Notes under the pieces: model-generated
What the model was told of the DNA's origin: nothing
Seen by the model: the letters and a program-made list of their open reading frames with translations, nothing else
Databases searched by the model: none
Assembly: GCA_965248435.1 (NCBI GenBank)
Contig: OZ252100.1
Coordinates: forward strand, 5,369,044 to 5,433,043
DNA: 64,000 nt
Reading direction: 5' to 3'
Source of the DNA: Candidatus Latescibacterota bacterium
GTDB lineage: Bacteria > Latescibacterota > UBA2968 > GCA-2709665
Translations under genes and position numbers: made by a program
Shown here: piece after piece, positions 56,109 to 64,000 of the stretch
How the letters are laid out: every line of letters starts with the position of its first letter
How positions within the stretch are numbered: the stretch's first letter is position 1

Positions 56109-56881
56109 TGAGGGATCGAAGGTTAGCGAGATCCATATTGATTGGTGCTTTTCTCGTTCTTCTACCGGCGAGCCGTTCCGATGCGCTCAGTGCCAACGCC
56201 TCCATCTACAACGATGCCAACGCGCACTATCGAATCGGTGAGTATGCCGAGGCGGTGGCTCTGTATGAGCAGCTTGTGCCACGAGGCGTCAGAAACGGAT
56301 ATGTATATCACAATCTCGGCAATGCCCATTTCAAATCTGGTCGGATCGGTAGGGCGATCCTGGCCTACGAAAGGGCCTTAGGGTTCCTGCCGGGCGACGA
56401 AGATGTTGCCGCGAACCTGAGGTTTGTGAATGCATCGAAGGTGGACAAAGAGCCTGAGCTCGACGCCAACTTCGCCACCCGCGCGATGAAGACGACTTAC
56501 GACGCGTTCAGTGCGCATGCCCTTACCCTGTTCGCCAGTATCCTGCTCTTATGTGTCTACGTGACGGCTGCGGTAATGGCGCTCCTTCCCGGAAAACGGA
56601 TCCTGTGTGTAGTCCTTTTGGTCGTCCTGGGATTCTCTCTTTCTGGAACCGGGGTTGTGCTGGCGTTCAAGATCTACGATAGGGAAGTAGCTCAGGAGGC
56701 GATCGTCTTGGTGGAAGAGGTCTTAGGCCGTAGCGGACCCGGAGAGGACTATCTGCGGGTCTTCGCGATACACGAGGGTACGAAAGTTGCGATCGAGCGC
56801 GTAGAGAGGGAATGGTTTTTGGTGCGGCTTTCGAATGGGATCGGCGGATGGATAAACGCGGCGGGTATCGAGAAGATTTGA
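56108..56881 (+). CDS. batE: BatE: TPR + TM + SH3-like domain protein
   Basis: TPRs (YAEAVALYEQL.., YHNLGNAHFKSGRIGRAILAYERAL). C-terminal bacterial SH3-like WFLVRLSNGIGGWINAAGIEKI. Confidence 0.7.
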   Translation: MRDRRLARSILIGAFLVLLPASRSDALSANASIYNDANAHYRIGEYAEAVALYEQLVPRGVRNGYVYHNLGNAHFKSGRIGRAILAYERALGFLPGDEDVAANLRFVNASKVDKEPELDANFATRAMKTTYDAFSAHALTLFASILLLCVYVTAAVMALLPGKRILCVVLLVVLGFSLSGTGVVLAFKIYDREVAQEAIVLVEEVLGRSGPGEDYLRVFAIHEGTKVAIERVEREWFLVRLSNGIGGWINAAGIEKI

Positions 56882-56919
56882 CGGAAGCGGTTGGGTCTTT
56901 TTCAGGAAGGAAGCAGGCT

Positions 56920-58266
56920 ATGCCCTACAGCGCGTGGTTTCAGTGCTTCAGGGGCTGTGAGGGGCGCTACCCCCTCACACAGATCATCTACGAATGTCCG
57001 ATCTGCGGCGGACTGTTAGAGGTTAGGCACGACATGGACGCCCTCCGGACCAAATCGCCGGTCTACTGGCGGCAGTTGTTCGACCGTCGATACATGCGCA
57101 CGGAGTGGCCCTACGGGAGTTCGGTGTGGGGCAAGAAGGAGATGGTCTGTCCGGTCGTGCAGGATGACAACGTTGTATCGATGTATGAGGGGGGGAGCAA
57201 TCTCTTCTGGGCCGAGCGCCTCGGAGGTCAGCTCGGCCTGGCAGAACTCTGGGTGAAGCAGTGTGGGAACAGCCATACAGGTTCGTTCAAAGATCTCGGA
57301 ATGACGGTGCTCCTCTCGATGGTGAAGGAGATGATTGTCAACGGACAGAGGATTCCGGCTGTGGCATGTGCCTCAACCGGTGATACCTCGGCGGCGCTTG
57401 CGGCATATTGCGCCGCTGCAGGCTTCCAGGCCATCGTCTTCCTGCCGAAGGACAAGGTCTCTCATGCACAACTGGTGCAGCCGTTGGCAAATGGAGCCCT
57501 CGTCTTGAGTCTGGATACCGATTTCGACGGGTGCATGAAGCTTGTTCAGGACCTGTGCAGCGAAGAGAACATATACCTTGCCAATTCCATGAACTCCCTC
57601 CGCGTGGAGGGACAGAAGACGATCAGTGCGGAACTGCTGCAGCAGTTTGACTGGCAGGTGCCCGATTGGATCATTATCCCAGGGGGGAACCTGGGGAACG
57701 TAAGTGCCATCGGGAAGGGATTTCTCGAGATGCAAGAGATGGGGCTAATCGAGCGTCTTCCTCGGATTGCAGTTGCCCAGAGCGCTCGAGCTAATCCGCT
57801 CTATTTGAGTTATCTCAAGAAGTTCGAACAATTCGAACCGATTCACGCGCAGCCTACACTGGCCAACGCCATCCGGATCGGTGACCCCGTGAGTGTCGAA
57901 AAGGCGATCAAGACTCTGAAGGCCTTCGATGGTGTTGTGGAGCAGGCATCGGAACAGGAGCTTGCCGACGCCGCGGCACGGGCAGACAGAACCGGACTCT
58001 TCACCTGTCCCCATACGGGCGTTGCCTTTGCCGTGCTTTCGAAACTCTTGGAGAACGGCGTGATCCAGGGGGATGAAAAAGTAGTTGTAATTTCAACTGC
58101 GCACGGTTTGAAGTTTACCGATGTCAAGGTGCAGTACCACGGGGATCGACTCCGTGAGGCGGGAATCACTCCCCATTATCACAACACGCCGGTGGAACTC
58201 CCCCCTGACTATGAATCCGTACGCGACCTCGTGTTTCGGGAGCTGGATGGCCGAATGAAAGGTTGA
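56920..58266 (+). CDS. thrC: threonine synthase
   Basis: N-terminal Zn-ribbon YECPICGGLLEV, the PLP lysine motif HTGSFKDLGM, and the GNLGN loop. Confidence 0.9.
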   Translation: MPYSAWFQCFRGCEGRYPLTQIIYECPICGGLLEVRHDMDALRTKSPVYWRQLFDRRYMRTEWPYGSSVWGKKEMVCPVVQDDNVVSMYEGGSNLFWAERLGGQLGLAELWVKQCGNSHTGSFKDLGMTVLLSMVKEMIVNGQRIPAVACASTGDTSAALAAYCAAAGFQAIVFLPKDKVSHAQLVQPLANGALVLSLDTDFDGCMKLVQDLCSEENIYLANSMNSLRVEGQKTISAELLQQFDWQVPDWIIIPGGNLGNVSAIGKGFLEMQEMGLIERLPRIAVAQSARANPLYLSYLKKFEQFEPIHAQPTLANAIRIGDPVSVEKAIKTLKAFDGVVEQASEQELADAAARADRTGLFTCPHTGVAFAVLSKLLENGVIQGDEKVVVISTAHGLKFTDVKVQYHGDRLREAGITPHYHNTPVELPPDYESVRDLVFRELDGRMKG

Positions 58267-58311
58267 CAGAATAGAGAGATTTGCTTAGATTGAGCCGGGC
58301 GTTTAGTCGAA

Positions 58312-58370
58312 TAGCAGTGGTGATTTGAGGCGTATTGCAGCCACTCTAAACAATTCGCTAAAAAGCTGCT
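58312..58370 (+). promoter_or_regulatory. probable SAM-II riboswitch aptamer
   Basis: P1 AGUGGU (58316-21) pairs with GCCACU (58340-45). The loop GAUUUGAGGCGUAUUGCA and the 3' tail GCUAAAAAGC match the GAUUU / GUAUUGCA / GCUAAAAAG blocks of SAM-II as I recall them. Lies upstream of a Met-pathway gene. Confidence 0.55.
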
Positions 58371-58406
58371 CGACAGCCGACGTTCGTTGGCTAGAGCAAC
58401 TCGTTT

Positions 58407-58437
58407 CCCGGGCTTTTTGGCGCCCGGGATTTTTTTA
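58407..58437 (+). terminator. intrinsic terminator/attenuator between the riboswitch and the met gene
   Basis: CCCGGGC-(8 nt)-GCCCGGG stem followed by a T8 run, 22 nt before the ATG at 58460 (AAGGAGG SD). Confidence 0.7.
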
Positions 58438-58459
58438 TGCGTAAGGAGGATAGGCGGCG

Positions 58460-59647
58460 ATGAACCAAGACGGCGAAGGCCTTTGTTCGTCCACAAAGGC
58501 TGTGCACGCAGGTGAAGACTACAGCCGTTGGGGACATTCCCTCACCGTGCCGATTGCCCAGACGTCAACCTATGTATTTGAAGACAGTCAAGCGGTCAAC
58601 GACTTTGTGTCTGGACGAAAGCCCAGGCTGGATTACGGTCGGTACGGAAATCCCACGCAGCACGTTGCAGAGGCAAAGCTGGCAGCGCTGGAGGGGGCTG
58701 AAACTGCCCTGCTCTTCTCTTCTGGAATGAGCGCGATTACCACAACGCTGCTCGCAATGCTCTCGAGCGGTCAGCACGCCGTGATTATGGACGACTGCTA
58801 TCGAAAAACGGCTCAGTTCTGCAAAATAGTACTCCATAAGTTTGGGGTGGACACGACGTTCGTACAGGCCGGGAATTATAAGGAACTGGAGTCCGCCTTT
58901 CAAGAAAACACTCGGGCCGTGGTATCTGAGTCTCCGACGAATCCACACCTGAACGTTTTGGATCTGGAAAGGCTAGTATCCGTTGCCAAGGAGAGACGCG
59001 TCAAGGTCGTGATCGACAGCACCTTCGCAACACCCTTCAATCAGCAACCCCTATCGTTCGGTGTGGACCTGGTGATCCACAGCGCCACAAAGTATCTGGG
59101 GGGGCACAACGATATCATATCAGGGGCGGTGCTCGGGGCGGAGCCGATCGTTTCGGCGATTAAGGATTACCGCGGCATCTTGGGCGGGATCCCAGATCCT
59201 CACTCGGTTTACTTGCTTGTTCGTGGCCTTAAGACATTTCCGTTACGGATGGCTCGCCAAAACGCAACGGCAGATTCGCTTGCGCGTTTCCTTGAATCGC
59301 ATCCTAAAGTTCGCAGGGTCTACTATCCCACCCTCGAAAGTCACCCCCACTTCGAAATCGCGCGGGCACAGATGCGAGGCTGCGGGGGTGTTGTGAGTTT
59401 TGACCTGGACGCAGACCTGGAACAGACCATGGCGTTTCTTGATCACTTGAAGATTCCCTGTATCGGTGCCAGCCTGGGAGGCGTAGAGAGCATCGTCTCT
59501 CATCCCGCTTCCATCTCCTACTATGAACTTTCGCGCGAGGAGCGTCTGGAAATCGGGATCATCGATGAACTCGTCCGATACGCTGTGGGTGTGGAGGAAG
59601 CGGAGGATCTCATTGCGGACGTGGCTGGAGCCTTGGACAAGATCTAG
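58460..59647 (+). CDS. Cys/Met-metabolism PLP enzyme (cystathionine gamma-synthase/beta-lyase/sulfhydrylase family)
   Basis: HSATKYLGGHND carries the PLP-lysine motif. SGMSAI and ESPTNP are typical of the family. 395 aa. Confidence 0.9.
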   Translation: MNQDGEGLCSSTKAVHAGEDYSRWGHSLTVPIAQTSTYVFEDSQAVNDFVSGRKPRLDYGRYGNPTQHVAEAKLAALEGAETALLFSSGMSAITTTLLAMLSSGQHAVIMDDCYRKTAQFCKIVLHKFGVDTTFVQAGNYKELESAFQENTRAVVSESPTNPHLNVLDLERLVSVAKERRVKVVIDSTFATPFNQQPLSFGVDLVIHSATKYLGGHNDIISGAVLGAEPIVSAIKDYRGILGGIPDPHSVYLLVRGLKTFPLRMARQNATADSLARFLESHPKVRRVYYPTLESHPHFEIARAQMRGCGGVVSFDLDADLEQTMAFLDHLKIPCIGASLGGVESIVSHPASISYYELSREERLEIGIIDELVRYAVGVEEAEDLIADVAGALDKI

Positions 59648-59661
59648 TACGTGGGGAGGCT

Positions 59662-60408
59662 ATGTTTCGATCGGTGTTTGAGACGTCTTTCAAGGCTCCT
59701 TTTAAGGATCCGGAATGGCTTAGAAAGGTGTTGTTAGGAGGGCTGCTCGATTTTGGACTGATGCTATGCGTCCTTCTGGGCCTTTCCGTCAACGTACCCA
59801 CGTTCGCCTACGTCGTGCTCATTCCAATCGGGCTATTCCCCAAGCTCGCGGCGTGGGGCTATCTATATCGGATCTTCATCGACGGCCTCAATGCGGCTGA
59901 ATCGAGTGAGCTTCCGCACTGGCGAGATTGGAAACAGTTTTCGATCGCGGGTTTATGGTTATTCCTCATTGTTCTCGGGTATGCGTTTCTAGCGGTAGTT
60001 GGTCTGATAGCCTTCCTGAAACCCTTCGGTGTGGCGCCTACGACCGAAGACCCTGAGAATTTCGCCATACTGGTGTCCTCGTTGTTGGCCACTTTTGCAG
60101 TCTTGTCTGCATTCTTCCCGATCGCATTCGCTCGGTTCGCAGCGGAGGGAAAGGTTTGGGCGGCCTTTGATCCCGGCTCGCTCTTGAAGGACATCCGGGA
60201 GGTGGTGCGTGCGGATTATTTGCAGGCCTGTTTCGCTTTCTTCTTCCTCTGGCTGGTCGGCAACGTGCTGCTGAGTGGGCTGCCTTACATCGGACTACCG
60301 CTGGTTTCGATCTATCTCTTCTACATCATCGCGGTTTTCGCCCGGATTTTCGGCAGGGTGATTGGCGTAGAGGGTCAGCAGGCACGCCGTAGAGCGCAGC
60401 TGCAATAG
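59662..60408 (+). CDS. DUF4013-like membrane protein
   Basis: Opening FETSFKAPFKDPEWLRKVLLGGLL and ~6 TM helices, as in DUF4013. Confidence 0.55.
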   Translation: MFRSVFETSFKAPFKDPEWLRKVLLGGLLDFGLMLCVLLGLSVNVPTFAYVVLIPIGLFPKLAAWGYLYRIFIDGLNAAESSELPHWRDWKQFSIAGLWLFLIVLGYAFLAVVGLIAFLKPFGVAPTTEDPENFAILVSSLLATFAVLSAFFPIAFARFAAEGKVWAAFDPGSLLKDIREVVRADYLQACFAFFFLWLVGNVLLSGLPYIGLPLVSIYLFYIIAVFARIFGRVIGVEGQQARRRAQLQ

Positions 60409-60420
60409 CTACTAAAAAAT

Positions 60421-60452
60421 AAAAACCCCCGCTGAAACAAACGGGGGTTTTT
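60421..60452. terminator. bidirectional intrinsic terminator
   Basis: AAAAACCCCCG-(10 nt)-CGGGGGTTTTT between convergent genes. Confidence 0.8.
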
Positions 60453-60469
60453 ATACTACTATCTTTCTG

Positions 60470-61555
60470 TCAGAATCGGTGACCGAATCCGGCCTGAAAG
60501 TTCATTGCGGACAGCTTGATCGCACGGTCTGCGGTCGATCCGTCCCATCGGGTGGCCTGGAGTCGGAGGGTGCGGTTTCTTCCCAGCGATAGCAGAAAGC
60601 CTCCGCCACCACCCCAGAGTCGAGCGCGCCCGATGTGCAGCGGATGATTTGCCGCGTAGGCATTGGCACTCAGGTGTTTCAAATGACCCTCTCCAACGAC
60701 GGTCAGGAATGAGATGGGGGTCCATAAACCTTCCAGATGGATACGGAAATCGTTGCCGTTGCTGTCGCGAGTTTCATAGAGGAAGAGGCCCCCCGCCAGG
60801 TCCTGGTTCTTTAATCTCACGATTTCGGTGATCTCGGCTTTGAGCTGGATCCGTTCGCCTTGCAGGTGCACGCTGGATTGAACGAGGGCTTGTTTTGCGT
60901 GCTGAAAGATGACTGTGCCGTCGAGGCGGTCCGTTAGATAGACGGTACCCATCACACTGATCCGGTAGACGAACCGCTTCCAGGTATAGTCCATACCGAA
61001 GGTCATCGAGGCTTCGTCGCCCGGCTTGTAGTCAGAAAGGCCTTCGACCGGCTCGTACGCACCTTTTCGAAAGTAGCCCAGCCCCAAACTAAGGCTGAAA
61101 TGTCCGGACTGCAGCGCGCCGCTTATCGTCCCTCCTAAGTCTAGTCCCTGCCCGAGTGTCCTCACCGGAAAATTAAGGTCGTTTCGAGACAGTTGGCGTG
61201 CCAGGGAGGCCTCCGTTTCATCAAGCGCCCGCTTCCCGGTAGGCATCGTCGTGTAGAGGCTTATCAGACCTTTTCCCCACAAATTCCAGACGCCACTCAG
61301 GTGCGTGTCGAGCGTGGTCCAGACCTCCTGTGATGTCGACCCGCTCTGCTGGACGTAGATCACCGCGCTTCGAATGTTCACGCTTCCACCGGCAAAAGGA
61401 ATCCGATAGCGCAGGGGTGAGACCCACTGACGAATTCGGGTTGAAGTCCCACCTTCTTTGAGCGTCACTTGATGGAGATACCCTCCAAAAAGGCTCCCGC
61501 CCAGGGCCGGGCTCGACCAACTCAGGAAAAGGATGAAGAGGCACGTACGTTTCAC
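60470..61555 (-). CDS. outer-membrane beta-barrel protein (family unknown)
   Basis: Signal peptide LFILFLSWSSPALG. Alternating beta-strand pattern throughout. C-terminal ...AGFGHRF. Confidence 0.55.
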   Translation of the reverse strand: MKRTCLFILFLSWSSPALGGSLFGGYLHQVTLKEGGTSTRIRQWVSPLRYRIPFAGGSVNIRSAVIYVQQSGSTSQEVWTTLDTHLSGVWNLWGKGLISLYTTMPTGKRALDETEASLARQLSRNDLNFPVRTLGQGLDLGGTISGALQSGHFSLSLGLGYFRKGAYEPVEGLSDYKPGDEASMTFGMDYTWKRFVYRISVMGTVYLTDRLDGTVIFQHAKQALVQSSVHLQGERIQLKAEITEIVRLKNQDLAGGLFLYETRDSNGNDFRIHLEGLWTPISFLTVVGEGHLKHLSANAYAANHPLHIGRARLWGGGGGFLLSLGRNRTLRLQATRWDGSTADRAIKLSAMNFQAGFGHRF

Positions 61556-62754
61556 GGTCCGACCTCTGTGCTCGGTGGTTTGAATGGATTCAGACTCTCG
61601 GCCCCTGAATACGTACCTGGAATCGCTGCCGTGAGTGTATGCGTTGTCGCCAGCCGACTTTTGACCGCGGCAGCGGGGTCAGGTTTTGTCAAGAGATCGC
61701 GATAAAGTCCCGCGAACTCGGGCCCTTCCTGCTCTCCCTCAAGATCGAGACGCACCCAGCGAAGGGTTCGGGCAACCAGATCAGAATTCTGGTCCAGTGC
61801 CCGAGCGTCTTCCAGATGCTCGTAGGCGTGCAAGGATTTCCCCGAAAGGTAGAGCAGTAGACCCTGGGTGTGGAGGTGGAACGCCAGGGGTGACTCGATT
61901 GAAGTAAGAGGGAGGCGTTCCGATCGTGAGACCTCGAGACCTGCCTCTGCCTCCTTCAGGAGTGCGGTGTGCAACTCGAAGAGGTTCTTTAAACTCCCGG
62001 AAACGGGCGGCGCCTGAAAAACGGTCTGCCCTTCAGAGTCCAGGACTCGGAGGGTGACCTGGATTCCGTCCCGGCCCAGATCGATCAGTGTCCCGGTCAG
62101 CGTTCGCCCAGCCCCAACCCATCTCGCAAAGTCGGCAGGCTCACCATCGGGAAAGGCATCCTGGAACGCGTAACTCAGTGTGTGAAGCCCGAAGGGGTCT
62201 ATCTGAGGCGGACCGGATCGTCTCTCCAGATCGTGGAGGATGAGATCGATGAGGCCGAGTGATAAGGCCGATGGCGAGGCCAAACCCCTCACCCGAAACG
62301 GAAAGGCGGCGATTCGATCTCCTGAAAGAGGAGGTGGAGCGTCCGATTCGAGGACGCGCAGGGCCGCTCGTTTTGCCGCCATCCTGCTCAGGTATTGGAT
62401 CCTTCGGTTGATGCGGTCTGGCAGATCGGTCGCCGGTCGAAGGGGTGTCGCGCGACGGTATTCAGGTATCGCAAGGTCTGGTCTTGACAATCCTGTGTCG
62501 TAGATGAGGCCCAGGAGGAAGGCAAGTCGGGGATCTGTCTTCCTCTTCTCGGTGGCCATGTAGGCATATCGAAGAGCACGGATGTAGTCCCGCTCGCCAT
62601 AGTGTGAGAAGGCAAGGGATTCCAACTTGCCCGCGCTCAGGCCGGATTCTCTCCGGAGCGGACCGCCCTGGACCACGTGGTGGTTTCCGCACCCAAACAA
62701 GACGCACAGCAGTAAGGACTTTTGGAGGTGGCGCGTCGGCATCCTAAATGTCAT
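61552..62754 (-). CDS. lipoprotein: TPR + TolB_N/LpoB-like module + TPR
   Basis: Lipobox LFGC. RIAAFPFRVRG....LSLGLIDLILHDL resembles the (I/V)AVLPF motif of TolB_N-like modules. Its end overlaps the start of the barrel gene by 4 nt. Confidence 0.5.
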   Translation of the reverse strand: MTFRMPTRHLQKSLLLCVLFGCGNHHVVQGGPLRRESGLSAGKLESLAFSHYGERDYIRALRYAYMATEKRKTDPRLAFLLGLIYDTGLSRPDLAIPEYRRATPLRPATDLPDRINRRIQYLSRMAAKRAALRVLESDAPPPLSGDRIAAFPFRVRGLASPSALSLGLIDLILHDLERRSGPPQIDPFGLHTLSYAFQDAFPDGEPADFARWVGAGRTLTGTLIDLGRDGIQVTLRVLDSEGQTVFQAPPVSGSLKNLFELHTALLKEAEAGLEVSRSERLPLTSIESPLAFHLHTQGLLLYLSGKSLHAYEHLEDARALDQNSDLVARTLRWVRLDLEGEQEGPEFAGLYRDLLTKPDPAAAVKSRLATTHTLTAAIPGTYSGAESLNPFKPPSTEVGP

Positions 62755-62889
62755 TGCAGGTGTTCGATCCTATTCTGAAATTTCTTCTAGGTCCTTGCTC
62801 TTACATAACTTATCGACCGGGATGTCAAACACTTAAGCGGGAAGAGAGCGGAATTCGGGAGGCCCTTCGAGGGGCGGACTGACGAGGGG

Positions 62890-64000
62890 TCATTTCGGTT
62901 GAGCTTGAGGATCTCCTTCGGGTAAGCGCAAGGTGAACTTGGAGCCTAAATCCTCGGTGCTCTCGACCTGTATCTCACCCCCGTGGGCCTCCGTGATCCC
63001 CTTGACAATCGCCAGACCGAGGCCGGTTCCCTTTTCTTTCTCCACATCTGGGCGGTCCACGCGGTAGAACTTTTCAAAGATCCTTTTGCGGTCCTGCTCC
63101 GGGATGCCGATCCCGTTGTCTTCAACGTCTATCGTCACCCAGCCCTGGCGCATCTCGCAGGACAGACGGACTTCACCTCCCGGGGGCGTGTACTTGATCG
63201 CGTTGTCCAGAATATTTACGAACACCTGTTGGAGCTGTTCCGGATCAGCAGTGAGATGCACCTCAGGGAAGACATCACTCCAAGTCAGTTTGACGCCTTT
63301 TTTCTCCGAAATGGGCGTCACTTCTTCAAGGGCCCTCTTGAGAATGGGCGCCAAGGCGAGTGACTGCATGCTGGGCATCAGCCGTCCGGCATCGAGTCGA
63401 GAAAAGCTGAGGAGTTGCTCGATCAGGATTGAGAGCCTCTGGTTGTCTTCACGGATGATGCGGAGGAGCTTTTGCACGGTCCCCTCCGCTTTCTCCTTGA
63501 CGAGTTCTGATAAGGACTCGGCAGACCATCTCATAGAAGTGAGCGGTGTGCGGAGTTCGTGAGAGACCGTGTTGAGAAAATCTGTCTTAAGCTTGTCGAG
63601 TTCCTGGAGACTCCGATTCGCTTCAAGGATTTCCTCTTTAGCGCGGCGGCTCTCCGTGATGTCTCGAATCAACAGGTAGATGGCATTCTTACCCGAGTAT
63701 TCGATGGGGCACGCCCGAAGGTCCACAGGTGTGCGTCCCCCATCCACGGTGAGCAGGTCTAGGTCGCTTCGCTCGACTACCTCATTGGACGCTATGCTGT
63801 GGAGCAGACCTTCAAGCAGGTGCCGTTGTTCTGGAACCCAAAGGTCTTCCAGATTTTTTCCAAGGAGGCCTTCCTGTGCCGTTCGGAATAGAACCCCAGC
63901 CTGTGCATTCGCGTCGAGGATGGATCCGTCATGATCTGCGACGATGATGGGCGCAGAGTTCTGAACAAGGACGCGGTTCCTGGCTTCGGACCTGCTGATG
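62890..64000 (-). CDS. PAS-domain sensor histidine kinase (N-terminus beyond the window)
   Basis: H-box FLNTVSHELRTPL, N-box NILDNAIKYTP, G1 DNGIGI and G2 GTGLGLAI. My own translation shows the frame stays open upstream of 63747 to the window end and reads as a PAS domain. Confidence 0.85.
   Translation of the reverse strand, partial: ISRSEARNRVLVQNSAPIIVADHDGSILDANAQAGVLFRTAQEGLLGKNLEDLWVPEQRHLLEGLLHSIASNEVVERSDLDLLTVDGGRTPVDLRACPIEYSGKNAIYLLIRDITESRRAKEEILEANRSLQELDKLKTDFLNTVSHELRTPLTSMRWSAESLSELVKEKAEGTVQKLLRIIREDNQRLSILIEQLLSFSRLDAGRLMPSMQSLALAPILKRALEEVTPISEKKGVKLTWSDVFPEVHLTADPEQLQQVFVNILDNAIKYTPPGGEVRLSCEMRQGWVTIDVEDNGIGIPEQDRKRIFEKFYRVDRPDVEKEKGTGLGLAIVKGITEAHGGEIQVESTEDLGSKFTLRLPEGDPQAQPK

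Noticed and set aside
58267-58459. The leader of the met gene as a SAM-I riboswitch, a T-box, or simply the thrC terminator.
   Set aside because: It has no SAM-I core (GAGGGA...GGCAACC) and no T-box sequence or specifier-loop features. A pure thrC terminator would leave only ~22 nt for a promoter before the met gene, so an attenuator fed by an upstream leader (SAM-II-like) fits better.
1-64000. Search for CRISPR arrays, tRNA/rRNA genes, reverse transcriptases (retron/DGR), restriction-modification genes or toxin-antitoxin pairs.
   Set aside because: By eye I found no regularly spaced direct repeats, no GGTTCGAATCC-type T-arm in intergenic DNA, no rRNA-like stretch, and no RT, REase or small TA-like gene pair in the ORF set. 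This is a visual scan only. tRNAscan-SE, Infernal and a repeat finder should confirm it.

Overview
This 64-kb window is bacterial chromosome, most likely from an uncultivated diderm of the FCB type. The lineage call rests on a PorV/PorQ-like barrel, a GWxTD protein, a Bat/MoxR aerotolerance operon, GldAFG-like ABC genes and a Wzi-like protein. It is an inference from gene content, not a database result. I support about 58 protein-coding genes, one complete IS30-family element, one probable SAM-II riboswitch, several sigma70-like promoters and several intrinsic terminators. By eye I found no rRNA, tRNA or CRISPR array.

Housekeeping blocks:
- cspA
- an envelope operon: L,D-transpeptidase, a hypothetical, PorV-like, era, UPF0104-like
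- yicC-gmk-rpoZ-coaBC-udg-dnaB-kptA
- thrC, then a riboswitch, then a Cys/Met PLP enzyme

The left edge (1-4945) looks accessory and decayed. It holds a kinase plus a low-GC PhyH dioxygenase cassette, a VOC-like remnant, and an RND N-terminal fragment abutting a 5'-truncated Omp85 barrel.

Best candidates for an undescribed system, in order:
1. 18136-24956: a 1583-aa protein fusing a catalytically degenerate M28/PA ectodomain to an ATPase-less MacB/FtsX-type permease. An OPT-family transporter gene follows 30 nt downstream.
2. 38805-40374: a monocistronic ParA/MinD-type P-loop protein with a C-terminal 2-TM module, next to a methyltransferase and the IS30.
3. 35982-37414: a DacZ-like diadenylate cyclase paired with a stand-alone DUF1854 protein.
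4. 43286-56881: a 14-gene same-strand operon in which a GldAFG-type ABC-2 module sits inside the MoxR-DUF58-BatABCDE cluster.

All family calls come from reading motifs in the supplied translations. None has been checked against a database.
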